Positions 31,065 to 39,855 of a stretch of 64,000 bases of DNA are shown here, piece after piece. Origin of the DNA: Candidatus Omnitrophota bacterium (GTDB lineage: Bacteria > Omnitrophota > Gorgyraeia > B26-G9); NCBI GenBank assembly GCA_018895275.1, contig JAHIOQ010000051.1:46409-110408 (forward strand). Reading direction: 5' to 3'. The translations under genes and the position numbers were made by a program. The notes beneath the pieces are model-generated. The model did no database searches. It saw only the letters and a list, made by a program, of their open reading frames with translations, and was not told the origin of the DNA. The first letter of the stretch is position 1. Every line of letters starts with the position of its first letter.

Positions 31065-32569
31065 CGGTATTCAATTACCTCCACTTTGATTTTACCCAAC
31101 AGCCGTACAACATCCAGCTGTTTATTTAAATCGCCCTCAATAAGCCTTATATGCGCCGCATCGGCGATATCCTGTCCGAAAGTCGGATCCATATCCACCC
31201 ATCTGCCGACATAAACACTCGGCCAGGCATGATAATAAAAACGGCCGTTCGCGTACGCCAACCCGACGTTAATCCTTGCGGGAATCCCGGCCGAACGCGC
31301 CAATGCCGTAAAAAGCGCGGTATGCTCATTACAATCTCCCTCGCGCGTTTTAAGCACGTCCACGGCAGAGGGAACACTTACCACCGCCACCTTGCTGATG
31401 TGCTCAAAAACCCATTTATTAATCTTTTTCGCCGCTAAAAAACTGTTCCGTTCTCCTTGCACGATATCGCGGGAATACCTTTGTATCTGCGCATCGAAAA
31501 CCTGGATAAAATCATCCGCGCTCAGGAATTCTTTCATCCCTTCTATGGGTAAGGCCAGGGCATTTTCCGGCTGAATAGTATCCTTGTTTATTTCAAGAAT
31601 CATCTTTCCGTCTTTGTTTGCGATAATTTTTTGCCTCTGGTTTTCCAGGGAAAACCCTTCAGGGATACCGCTAAGCGCCAGCTTCATATACGTCATGCTT
31701 TCCGGGGCCAGCGGCATATTACAGGCAACGGAAACCAATTCCGCCAATTCCACATCCGTTTTCTCCGCGTTATGATACATACGGCTGACTTTACCCGCCT
31801 CTTCCCTGATCAATACCCAGCCCATACCGGTTTCTTGCTTTAAAATTTCTCCCCGCTCATTCACCCATGCCTTTTGTTCCAGTCCGCGGTAAACAGATTT
31901 TACGACAAATACCTCTACCGGCTGTCCCTCAAACTCCATGGTCTCCTTAGGGCCGACCGCGATATCCAGGGGCTCCAGATCCAGGGTGAACGGATTAAAA
32001 ACCTTGATACTATATCTTTCTCCCTCTTTTAATGCTCCGAACGAACTGAACGGACTGATGATATTCGCGATAACTATCCCTTTATCCTGAGGCAGGGTGA
32101 TCTGTTTTTGCGTGGTTCTCCCCGGGGATTCTATTTCCAGGAGAAGCTGCTGTTTACCTTTCATCTTTCCCTTGACCTTCAAGGTATGCAGGCCGGAATT
32201 CAGCTCAAAACTGAAATTCTGCAGCTGATAATCCTCGTCGACTATTGCCTCGGCATTAAACCAGACCTTGTTTCTGCGCTGCATCAGCAAAAAATTCATC
32301 CATGTACGGTTGGAAATACGGTATCCGGAAAGCCCTTTACCGATCATCACCGGCTCAACCGAGGAATGGACAAACCCTATAGGCGCATTGTTGAAATATA
32401 TACCCATCCAATCATCGCTAAGCAGCCTGTTGCGGGAAAGAAACGGCTGATAAGCAGAGGCCTTGCGCACGGAAACAACCTCGCGGTTGATCAGCGCCCC
32501 CATCATAACCAGCCAGAATAATATAATCAAACCCGGCAGTGATTTTTTAAAAAAACGTTTTATCCGCAT
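31061..32569 (-). CDS. Membrane-anchored transglutaminase-like protein
   Basis: N-terminal TM; GDCNEH, YHAW, DMDPT (Cys-His-Asp triad). Confidence 0.88.
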   Translation of the reverse strand: MRIKRFFKKSLPGLIILFWLVMMGALINREVVSVRKASAYQPFLSRNRLLSDDWMGIYFNNAPIGFVHSSVEPVMIGKGLSGYRISNRTWMNFLLMQRRNKVWFNAEAIVDEDYQLQNFSFELNSGLHTLKVKGKMKGKQQLLLEIESPGRTTQKQITLPQDKGIVIANIISPFSSFGALKEGERYSIKVFNPFTLDLEPLDIAVGPKETMEFEGQPVEVFVVKSVYRGLEQKAWVNERGEILKQETGMGWVLIREEAGKVSRMYHNAEKTDVELAELVSVACNMPLAPESMTYMKLALSGIPEGFSLENQRQKIIANKDGKMILEINKDTIQPENALALPIEGMKEFLSADDFIQVFDAQIQRYSRDIVQGERNSFLAAKKINKWVFEHISKVAVVSVPSAVDVLKTREGDCNEHTALFTALARSAGIPARINVGLAYANGRFYYHAWPSVYVGRWVDMDPTFGQDIADAAHIRLIEGDLNKQLDVVRLLGKIKVEVIEYR

Positions 32570-32600
32570 CTATAAAATAGCCACCCAGACTCATTAAATT

Positions 32601-32915
32601 CTATTCCAACCCCAGGGCAAAATTTATTGCTTTATTAACCGCCTCCATTTTCTCTGCCCGAAGCGCGCAAATCCTTTCGGTGATAATACTCTTTCTAACC
32701 GTAGTAACCGTATCGAGATTTATCACGCAGGCTTGCGGCAAACCGTCCTTTTTATCCAAAAAAACTTCTACCGGAATATTCCGAACCGTAGTCGTAATTT
32801 GAGCCACGGTTACGGCATTGCGTACATTATAGGCCTCGTCACGAGAAAGTAAAAGCACCGGGCGTCTGCCCACCGGCTCCGGCTGCTGCGACCACCAAAC
32901 CTCTCCCCGTCTCAT
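32601..32915 (-). CDS. mazF: PemK/MazF family toxin
   Basis: MRRGEVWW, RRPVLLLSRD, ITTTVR, INLD. Confidence 0.92.
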   Translation of the reverse strand: MRRGEVWWSQQPEPVGRRPVLLLSRDEAYNVRNAVTVAQITTTVRNIPVEVFLDKKDGLPQACVINLDTVTTVRKSIITERICALRAEKMEAVNKAINFALGLE

Positions 32916-33169
32916 TTCCAGCCCTCTTCTTCAAAGGCATCCGCGGAAAGCTTCTCATAAACCTTTATTTCGGAAACAGACTCCGGTTTATTGAGATATC
33001 CTTCCTGATACTGTTTTATCAGCTTCTTCTCTTCCATGTTTTTTAGCCAGAAACGAATCGCCGTATCTATAATTGCGCTTCTTTGCATCCCCAATCCTTT
33101 GCGGATTTTTTCAATGCGCATTAAATCTTCCTTCGGTATGCTGATGGCAATTTTAGCGAATTTCTGCAT
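32912..33169 (-). CDS. Ribbon-helix-helix antitoxin (MazE/EndoAI-like)
   Basis: KIAISIP..L..IE...RSAII..AI; ATGA overlap with the toxin; AGGAG RBS before ATG 33169. Confidence 0.85.
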   Translation of the reverse strand: MQKFAKIAISIPKEDLMRIEKIRKGLGMQRSAIIDTAIRFWLKNMEEKKLIKQYQEGYLNKPESVSEIKVYEKLSADAFEEEGWK

Positions 33170-33189
33170 CTCAATCTCCTTCATACTAA

Positions 33190-33218
33190 AGTATAACATA
33201 TTTCATACCACTTGGCAA
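33190..33218 (-). promoter_or_regulatory. sigma70-type promoter of the toxin-antitoxin operon
   Basis: TTGCCA-17-TATACT with extended TG. Confidence 0.6.
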
Positions 33219-33233
33219 GTTGAATGCAAAACT

Positions 33234-33671
33234 AAACCACACGATTACACGCGATTTTCACCAGATTCTTCTTTTTACTTCCAAACTTTCCGTGCCAAAA
33301 TTCAACAATAAACCAACTCTATTCTTTGTAGCTTTGAGATAGTTTAAAAGCTGGGCTTCATCGTTTTTAGTTAAGCCGGTAGTAGCTTTTATTTCTAATA
33401 TTACTTTGTCCTCAATAATCAAATCAGGCGTATATTTCCTTGGAATCAGTAACTCTTTATACCAAATATCTAATTCTTTCTGTAACTCAAAAGGTATCTT
33501 GCTTATTTTCAGTTCGTAGCATAATGCTTCCTGATAGACATATTCCAGGAAGCCATTCCCTAATATCCTATGGACTTCCATGGCTGCGCCTATAACCTTC
33601 TCGGTTAAGTCATGATAAAGCCACTTGTCTGCCTTATCGTGTGTTAATCTAGTGAAATCTTGTGGTTTCAT
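33234..33671. mobile_element. Complete GxxExxY element with about 33-bp imperfect inverted arms
   Basis: 33234-33266 AAACCACACGATTACACGCGATTTTCACCAGAT versus reverse complement of 33636-33668 AAACCACAAGATTTCACTAGATTAACACACGAT. Confidence 0.72.
33258..33671 (-). CDS. GxxExxY protein (PD-(D/E)xK nuclease superfamily)
   Basis: LGNGFLEYVYQEAL, PDLIIEDKVILEIK, AQLLNYLKAT, GLLLNFG. Confidence 0.95.
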   Translation of the reverse strand: MKPQDFTRLTHDKADKWLYHDLTEKVIGAAMEVHRILGNGFLEYVYQEALCYELKISKIPFELQKELDIWYKELLIPRKYTPDLIIEDKVILEIKATTGLTKNDEAQLLNYLKATKNRVGLLLNFGTESLEVKRRIW

Positions 33672-33747
33672 TTTTTAATATCGTTATATCCATTTCGTGG
33701 TTTATTTTCTTAGTGCTTGGTGAGTTTATGATTAAAACCGGATTTTA

Positions 33748-34062
33748 TTAAAACCCTTTTGTTTCCGACTTGCTGACAATGCGCACAAAACGTATGCCCA
33801 TCTCAAATTTTTTGTTGCCGGAATTTTTATTTTCTTTAAGCCAGACCACCTCAGCGAGGGCATAATAAGGGCTGCTCATGCGTGATATGGCCACTTCAAC
33901 CTCAAGCCGGGAACCGAGGCTAAGCTGCCTATCCGTACAAATGCACACCCCGCCCGCGGAAATGTCCTTTGTCATTGTATTTTCCACGTCATTACTCTGC
34001 TCCAAACAATGCCTAAGCGGCATCTCCTGAACTAAACGCATATGTTTTCTTTTTTCAGCCAA
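33748..34062 (-). CDS. PilZ domain protein
   Basis: EKRKHMR, DISAGG, AEVVW, MGIRF; TTG start after GGAGG. Confidence 0.88.
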   Translation of the reverse strand: MAEKRKHMRLVQEMPLRHCLEQSNDVENTMTKDISAGGVCICTDRQLSLGSRLEVEVAISRMSSPYYALAEVVWLKENKNSGNKKFEMGIRFVRIVSKSETKGF

Positions 34063-34108
34063 TGTAAACTCCTCCCTTCTTTTCGACACCAAGACACTAA
34101 ATTTTATT

Positions 34109-36511
34109 TTAATTATTGCTTTGCGACAATACCACGGTTTTCGGCATATAGGTTATCGTGACGTCCTCGAGCACGGGAATCTCTTCATAATTAGTCGCGG
34201 TATCATTATATCCGCTATAAAAGTAGGCCCTGTATGTAATAGACGGATTTGTACTTGAATCAATATATCCACCGCCGGCCTGCAATGCTCCCGCCGGATG
34301 AACAACCTCCGGCCCGGGACTAATCGACATATCCTCTCCTGCGGTAAAGCCGGTAGTAACATAAATCCGTTCCGTGTATCCTGCCGCGTATCCTCCTACG
34401 GCATTAGAAGACAGCGTTGTCCCGGCAGAAATAGTACCCCATTCAATTGTGTCCCAGGCCAGCGTCTCTGTAGGGTCTAAAATGTTTGATGTATACACAG
34501 CCTGCTTGGGGATAACGCGCACATTATCGATATTCGGACGATTATTCGAGCCGTACAAACAAATGGGCCCTTCACCAGGAAGTGACGCCCAGCTATGAGA
34601 GATGTTAAGCGGCGCCGCTCCCCAATATGCATCTGCGGTCGCGGTATTGCCCTTCACTACCAAATGAAATGTCTTATTCGGCTGATACGAACAATCCACG
34701 GATTTATTATTATTCACACAATCCAAAATCAATTTATTGCTCAATGCCGCCATCTCCGGCTTGAAATAGACGTAGTTACCAACATTAAACCATCCGCTTT
34801 CATTCTGTAAAATAGAGATATAAAGAGTTGCTTCCGCGCTAGCTCCCTGGGAACGAAAAAGTAGATGCCCGACATTCATTGCCTTTTGATAAATCGGCCC
34901 GTGCCAATACCACATACCTTGAGAATATGCTGGGTCCGGATTTGGTGGAGGCGCTGGCGGCACCGGAACCTCTGAATCCTCCCAGTTCTCCGGTATTGAA
35001 CGTAATGGTAATCCCGACCGTGACTTAGAGCCATCCACTTCATCTTCAATATACATAATAGCCGAAAAATCCGACAGCCGCCATTCCAGTCCGGTTCCTA
35101 ATCTAATAATCGGCCAATAATTGGTACCAGTAGTTACCAGTTTCCCTCCGGAAATCGCATAATTGCCCTTAACTTTCAGCCATACGGCAGAGCTCATTGC
35201 CGCATCGCTGAAATCATCCCAGAATCCGGGTTTTACGGCGTTTTTCACTATGCGGGCCTTTGTTGAATCATAGGCACTTGCCGGATACAATCCCGGATAA
35301 CATACACTTAAATTCAGCGGGAAATCATCACGCGTAGTGCAGCGGCCATAATTAGTAAAGGAATCAAACTCCGCTTTTGTCGTTTCATATATTTTCCGGT
35401 AAATACGCACCGTCTTTGTAATCCGCTTTTTCGCGCCACGATATTCTCCCAATGCCTCTATTTCATAGCAGCCCCCGGAATCAAAACAAAAATAGGTCGT
35501 GGGCGAACGCGTGGTAGAATCCAGCGGGTCATAACGATTGGGATCGGTGAAAATCAATAAATTATCCAGATCAGCGCCGGAAATAATAGTCGCAAGGAAC
35601 CGCTGAAATTCGCCGCGCGCGGACAAAAAGTTATTAACATTTACATCCGGATCCTTTCCGTCAAACGGATTCAGGTTCCGCCGGCTGACAATCTTGTCGG
35701 CCAAGTCATCCTCATCACCGCTGATCATCGGCCCAAGCACGGCTTTAAGCACTTCTTTCGGCGCGGTATTCACGTTTACAAACACCTTACGCGTATGCCC
35801 GGCAACCGGAGTTTTCCCTGATTTATTCAGATAAAAAATGCCGTCATCTTCGTCTCCGTATAAGGTTATAAAATTCTTTAACGCATTATACTTACCCTGG
35901 GCGATACCTGCAGTCAGTTTTATTTCTTCTTTTGAACGAAATATCTTATCAGGAAGACTCTTCCGGCAAACGATAAGCGCTTGCGCCTCTGCTTGGGAAA
36001 GTCCCAAATTATCAAGAATCTGCACTAACTCAGCCTCAGCAGCGGAATCCGGTAAAGGCGTATTGATATTTATCAGGCTGGCGCAGTCAATTACTTTAAG
36101 TTTACAGGTAATATCCTCGGAAAATTTATAGGATATGCCATTACCCACCTCTCCATCGAGGTTATCAAATGAAGGATATTTTGCGTCGGCAAGGTCTACC
36201 GTGTTTTCATTTCCCGGCTCGGTATTGTTTCCGTTATAAAACCAACTCTCGCCAGTCGTATCACAGGGATCATTTTTTGCTCCTCCCGTGCCATTACTTC
36301 CCATAGTCCCATATTTCAATTCTTCAATCGCGCGGCTAATCCCGGCCTCGGCAATCAACTCCGCCCTGAACTGATTCACGTAATTCCGCGTTGCCTGCAG
36401 CTCGAGGCGGCTGAAAGCGGAAAACCCTACGCTAACCATCGCCAGGATGGAAAGCACTCCCACGACCAAAACCAATGCTATTCCTGAGTTTCTTTTATAA
36501 ATATTCATCAT
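34109..36511 (-). CDS. GspK/PilX-like pseudopilin with HhH motifs and a long C-terminal beta-rich extension
   Basis: G|IALVLVVGVLSIL, RAELIAEAGISRAI, ININT, VNVNTAPKEVL. Confidence 0.75.
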   Translation of the reverse strand: MMNIYKRNSGIALVLVVGVLSILAMVSVGFSAFSRLELQATRNYVNQFRAELIAEAGISRAIEELKYGTMGSNGTGGAKNDPCDTTGESWFYNGNNTEPGNENTVDLADAKYPSFDNLDGEVGNGISYKFSEDITCKLKVIDCASLININTPLPDSAAEAELVQILDNLGLSQAEAQALIVCRKSLPDKIFRSKEEIKLTAGIAQGKYNALKNFITLYGDEDDGIFYLNKSGKTPVAGHTRKVFVNVNTAPKEVLKAVLGPMISGDEDDLADKIVSRRNLNPFDGKDPDVNVNNFLSARGEFQRFLATIISGADLDNLLIFTDPNRYDPLDSTTRSPTTYFCFDSGGCYEIEALGEYRGAKKRITKTVRIYRKIYETTKAEFDSFTNYGRCTTRDDFPLNLSVCYPGLYPASAYDSTKARIVKNAVKPGFWDDFSDAAMSSAVWLKVKGNYAISGGKLVTTGTNYWPIIRLGTGLEWRLSDFSAIMYIEDEVDGSKSRSGLPLRSIPENWEDSEVPVPPAPPPNPDPAYSQGMWYWHGPIYQKAMNVGHLLFRSQGASAEATLYISILQNESGWFNVGNYVYFKPEMAALSNKLILDCVNNNKSVDCSYQPNKTFHLVVKGNTATADAYWGAAPLNISHSWASLPGEGPICLYGSNNRPNIDNVRVIPKQAVYTSNILDPTETLAWDTIEWGTISAGTTLSSNAVGGYAAGYTERIYVTTGFTAGEDMSISPGPEVVHPAGALQAGGGYIDSSTNPSITYRAYFYSGYNDTATNYEEIPVLEDVTITYMPKTVVLSQSNN

Positions 36512-36520
36512 CTTTTTTAA

Positions 36521-36550
36521 ATTATAACACAAGTCCCGGTATTCTTACAA
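36521..36550 (-). promoter_or_regulatory. sigma70-type promoter
   Basis: TTGTAA-18-TATAAT with extended TG, 9 nt before ATG 36511. Confidence 0.5.
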
Positions 36551-36555
36551 CCAAC

Positions 36556-36588
36556 AAAAAAGGGGCAGGATAATCCTGCCCCTTTTTT
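36556..36588. terminator. Intrinsic terminator (bidirectional form)
   Basis: A6-GGGGCAGGA-TAA-TCCTGCCCC-T6 downstream of the PEP-CTERM gene. Confidence 0.9.
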
Positions 36589-36612
36589 ATTCAGCATTAG
36601 ACCGTTATACGG

Positions 36613-37254
36613 TTATGCCTTCTTTTTTCTTCTTGTGGAAGTAAGCATACCTATAATACCGGTTCCTAACAACAATAAACTGCTCGGCTCAGGAATAACA
36701 TCGCCATCAATATCATCATAATAAGCAGACCCCGCCCCGGGGAAATACGGGTCGACTGCTCCCCACATAGCCAATGTATAACGAACCGAAAGAGTTCCTG
36801 CAGGAGCCGGGGTTGAAGTAAGCTCAACATATTGCCACCCCTGCGTCCCGCCAATCACGGGTGTAGTGTCAATTGCTGCAATAGGTTCTATAGCATATCC
36901 CGGATTAGTAACGTTAAAATATGCTATCTGTAATGTAGCATTTGCCTGGTCATTAAGATTTTGCACATTAATCCAACCCTTCAAGTAATTTACAGCACCT
37001 GCAGTGGCCGGACGATTCTGATACCTACCTCCCCATCCATCACCCGCAACCGGTGACTCCATGTTCATCTGTAAACCATAACTACCTGAATGAGCAGCCG
37101 CAGAATTAATATTAACTGTGTGAAATCCAAGTAATGTCCATGGCGTTACATAACCTGTTTCAAAACCAGAATTTGTCAACGTGTTCGCGCGAGCTATTGC
37201 CGGGCACACCAACATCACCACAACCAATAAAATAACTATTCTTTTCATATTCAT
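36613..37254 (-). CDS. PEP-CTERM sorting domain protein with CBM4/9-like domain
   Basis: Signal peptide, LTNSGFETG...YYDDI, C-terminal VIPEPSSLLLLGTG-TM-RRKKK. Confidence 0.9.
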   Translation of the reverse strand: MNMKRIVILLVVVMLVCPAIARANTLTNSGFETGYVTPWTLLGFHTVNINSAAAHSGSYGLQMNMESPVAGDGWGGRYQNRPATAGAVNYLKGWINVQNLNDQANATLQIAYFNVTNPGYAIEPIAAIDTTPVIGGTQGWQYVELTSTPAPAGTLSVRYTLAMWGAVDPYFPGAGSAYYDDIDGDVIPEPSSLLLLGTGIIGMLTSTRRKKKA

Positions 37255-37326
37255 TTCACCTCCTTTCATTTTAGCGTTAGTAATCATATTTAATTTTTTC
37301 ATTTTTTTCACCCCCCTCTATAGTTT

Positions 37327-37932
37327 TTATTCATACCTAATGTCATCAAGATAAAAAGTGCATCCGTCCGGATTGGCCATCGAGCTGGTCACCCAGACAA
37401 AACCGCCGCTGATATAAGACAAGTCAAGGTCCGCAAGGTCTATACTATACTCCTGCCAATCTGCGGTTAGTTCAATCGGCCCTATACTCGCGGAATCCGT
37501 ATCGGAATACGTGCCGGTAATCCCGCCCATCTTGAACTCTGTAATCTGTTCGCCGCCTTTTTCACCGCGCGCCCAAAAGACAACCTTCTTCGCGCCGCTT
37601 AAATCATAACCACCCTTTTTCTCGCCCCAGTTATTCGGCGGCCACTGCCAGTAAATTCCCGCCCAATTCGCCCCCTGTTTTCCTTCGGCGCTGTAATTAA
37701 TCTTAATGCATGTTTTTCCGGAATACGGATTATCCTTACATCCTTCGGTATACTTGATATCACCATAATCCCCCATCCATCCGGAAGGGCAATAATGGTT
37801 GCGCTTGTTCCCGCGGTCAAAATAGACTCCGAAGCCGTTAAACGAACCTTTCTGCTCCGCGGCAATTACAATTGACCAAGCCGAGATACCGAACACTACT
37901 GCAAGTAGAATCAACACCACTCTTTTTCCCAC
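37327..37932 (-). CDS. Secreted galactose-binding-fold/CBM-like protein
   Basis: Signal peptide; PSGWMGD, WAGIYW, FWARG, WQEYSIDL, FYLDDIRYE; GTG start after GGGGGG. Confidence 0.65.
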   Translation of the reverse strand: MGKRVVLILLAVVFGISAWSIVIAAEQKGSFNGFGVYFDRGNKRNHYCPSGWMGDYGDIKYTEGCKDNPYSGKTCIKINYSAEGKQGANWAGIYWQWPPNNWGEKKGGYDLSGAKKVVFWARGEKGGEQITEFKMGGITGTYSDTDSASIGPIELTADWQEYSIDLADLDLSYISGGFVWVTSSMANPDGCTFYLDDIRYE

Positions 37933-38038
37933 GTTTCTGTACCCCCCTTTCATTATTTGAGAATATTTTTTTTGCTTTAGCATAATCACGCTCTGTTTTG
38001 TTAATAGTTTGCAATCAGTAATTTTAAAATGCTAGAAA

Positions 38039-38067
38039 AGTATACCATATAAAAAAAAAATTGTCAA
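38039..38067 (-). promoter_or_regulatory. Near-consensus sigma70 promoter with a 10-nt homopolymer in its spacer
   Basis: TTGACA-A-T10-ATATGG-TATACT (17-nt spacer). Confidence 0.7.
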
Positions 38068-38094
38068 TATTAATTAAATAATTTTAAAAAGACT

Positions 38095-38730
38095 TTAATT
38101 GAAAATTTTCATTTCTATAACTACTGATTTTGCAACATGTTGCAATCCTAAAAATTCTTCTTCAGAATTATTTTGGGAATAAATTTTAGAAATTCTTATC
38201 AAGCTGCCTTCAATATTCTTACCGGCCAACCGTTTTATTAAAAAATAAAGCTGTTGTTTGTAGTAGCTGTTGGTTATTAATTCATTCGCCGTATAAAAAT
38301 ATAAAACGCTTTGAAATCCTTTCTCCGTCTGCACCAGGAGATAATTTACCGGCACCTTATGGCCGGCACCTATATCCAAAATTACAGTTTCCTTGCGTAA
38401 CAACTCATTCTTACCCGAGCCCAGATAGCAATACTCCGGCGGATGTATGCTGGAACGCCGGCTCGCGCTCTTAAGGATATAGAGATATATTTTTTCGCCC
38501 TCGCTATTGCCATATTCAGCGAGGACTGCGCCGCGCGTGCCGAGAATATTGAGAAACTCTTCATTGATCGGAATATCACGCGAAAAAATCCATTCGCCCA
38601 GACGGCCCGGAACCTGCGGCTTTTCCACGTCATTGCCCTCCTGCACCTTGGCCGTTTTAATCCAGGCAATAAAAATTGCGCAGAACAGTAAAATAATAAT
38701 ACTAATCGTTAAGCTATCGATTTTCTTCAT
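38095..38730 (-). CDS. epsI: EpsI family protein (exosortase-associated)
   Basis: N-terminal TM, IHPPEYCYLGSG, VLYFY, GSLIRIS; next to the exosortase. Confidence 0.85.
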   Translation of the reverse strand: MKKIDSLTISIIILLFCAIFIAWIKTAKVQEGNDVEKPQVPGRLGEWIFSRDIPINEEFLNILGTRGAVLAEYGNSEGEKIYLYILKSASRRSSIHPPEYCYLGSGKNELLRKETVILDIGAGHKVPVNYLLVQTEKGFQSVLYFYTANELITNSYYKQQLYFLIKRLAGKNIEGSLIRISKIYSQNNSEEEFLGLQHVAKSVVIEMKIFN

Positions 38731-38742
38731 AATGTAGACTCA

Positions 38743-39048
38743 AATATCCTTTAGCTACTAAGTCACAAAGGCTCTAAAAATACAAACAGATAAGATATTT
38801 CCATTTTATTCCTCTCACAAAGTTCACCAAGCACACAGAGAAATCAAATTACTCCATTGATAACTCTTTTTATTCCGTTTTCAATATTTCTCTGTGGACT
38901 TTGCCCGCTAAGTATTTCTCTGCGATTGCCCGCAGCTAGGTCTCGCCATGTTTTTTGGCGGATGCCCTCTGTGAGAGACTATTAAGCTGCCGCTATTTCC
39001 TTCTTGCCTTGGTGCCTTCGTGGCTAATTTATCCGCCAAAAGTCAAAA
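38743..39048. mobile_element. Triply nested inverted-repeat elements
   Basis: Outer CAC-AAG arms as at 28497-28591; inner CACAGAG-type arms 38812-38844 and 38886-38977; 59-bp insert 38904-38962 with CCGCTAA/TTGGCGG ends. Confidence 0.65.
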
Positions 39049-39855
39049 AACCATAAAAAATTTCCGCAGTAAGGCCAGGCCTAAAAAAGCAAAAACAAAT
39101 ACAAGCATCCCGGAAAAATCGTGAAACCAGCCCATTGCCACGCCGGCACCGTATACATAATAGACAAGTATAAGCAGTATAATGCGCACGACATTGGAGA
39201 TAAAGGCAACCGGCAAGGCGGCTAAGAAAAACAAGATTCTTCTTTTAAACGAAAATCCGGTCAAATAAGCAAACAACAAACTTAATGCCGAAAGCGCGAT
39301 AAGCGATTTTAACCCGCTGCAGGGGGTCCCCACGGTCAAAACTCCGTTCGGCAGATAAACCAGGCTTCCGGCATTTTTTAAGGGGACGATAATTCCGATG
39401 ACTGAACATGCCATACGCGCCGCAAGAATCTTCAGGTAAAAACTCAATCCCAGCGTCATCGCATTCGGCAAAGGTATCATAAAAAACAAAAATCCCAAAG
39501 GAAACGCAAGTGTCCGCAGGCATGGAGCCCCGTAATTATAGAGCACCAAACCGCAAACAGCCGCGATAAAAAACAAGCCGCTGAGGAAATTAATCTCAAA
39601 ATAAAAGGCGAAAAGATGCACAGCCAGGGAAACAAGCAGCAAAATCAGGCCGGCATTGCTGGGGTTCGGGGAAAGATTCCGAAGTTGTTCTTTTTTTAAA
39701 AAAATCAGATACGCGACAACAAACGGGATTAAATACCCATGGGCATAAAAGGATTCCGCCTCGGAAAAACGATATCGCATCCATGATAACGTCGGCAGAA
39801 AAACCAACAGCGTCAAAAGGATCACTAAAACCAACTTGATAAATTTAACAACCAT
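39043..39855 (-). CDS. Exosortase (EpsH/Xrt family)
   Basis: YAHGYLIP, FLFFMIPLP, PCSGLKS (Cys), NVVRI (Arg), WFHD (His). Confidence 0.93.
   Translation of the reverse strand: MVVKFIKLVLVILLTLLVFLPTLSWMRYRFSEAESFYAHGYLIPFVVAYLIFLKKEQLRNLSPNPSNAGLILLLVSLAVHLFAFYFEINFLSGLFFIAAVCGLVLYNYGAPCLRTLAFPLGFLFFMIPLPNAMTLGLSFYLKILAARMACSVIGIIVPLKNAGSLVYLPNGVLTVGTPCSGLKSLIALSALSLLFAYLTGFSFKRRILFFLAALPVAFISNVVRIILLILVYYVYGAGVAMGWFHDFSGMLVFVFAFLGLALLRKFFMVF

Noticed and set aside
33213-33228. TGGCAAGTTGAATGCA with GG-N10-GC spacing
   Set aside because: Points antisense into the GxxExxY 3' end and is better explained as the minus-strand -35 box of mazEF
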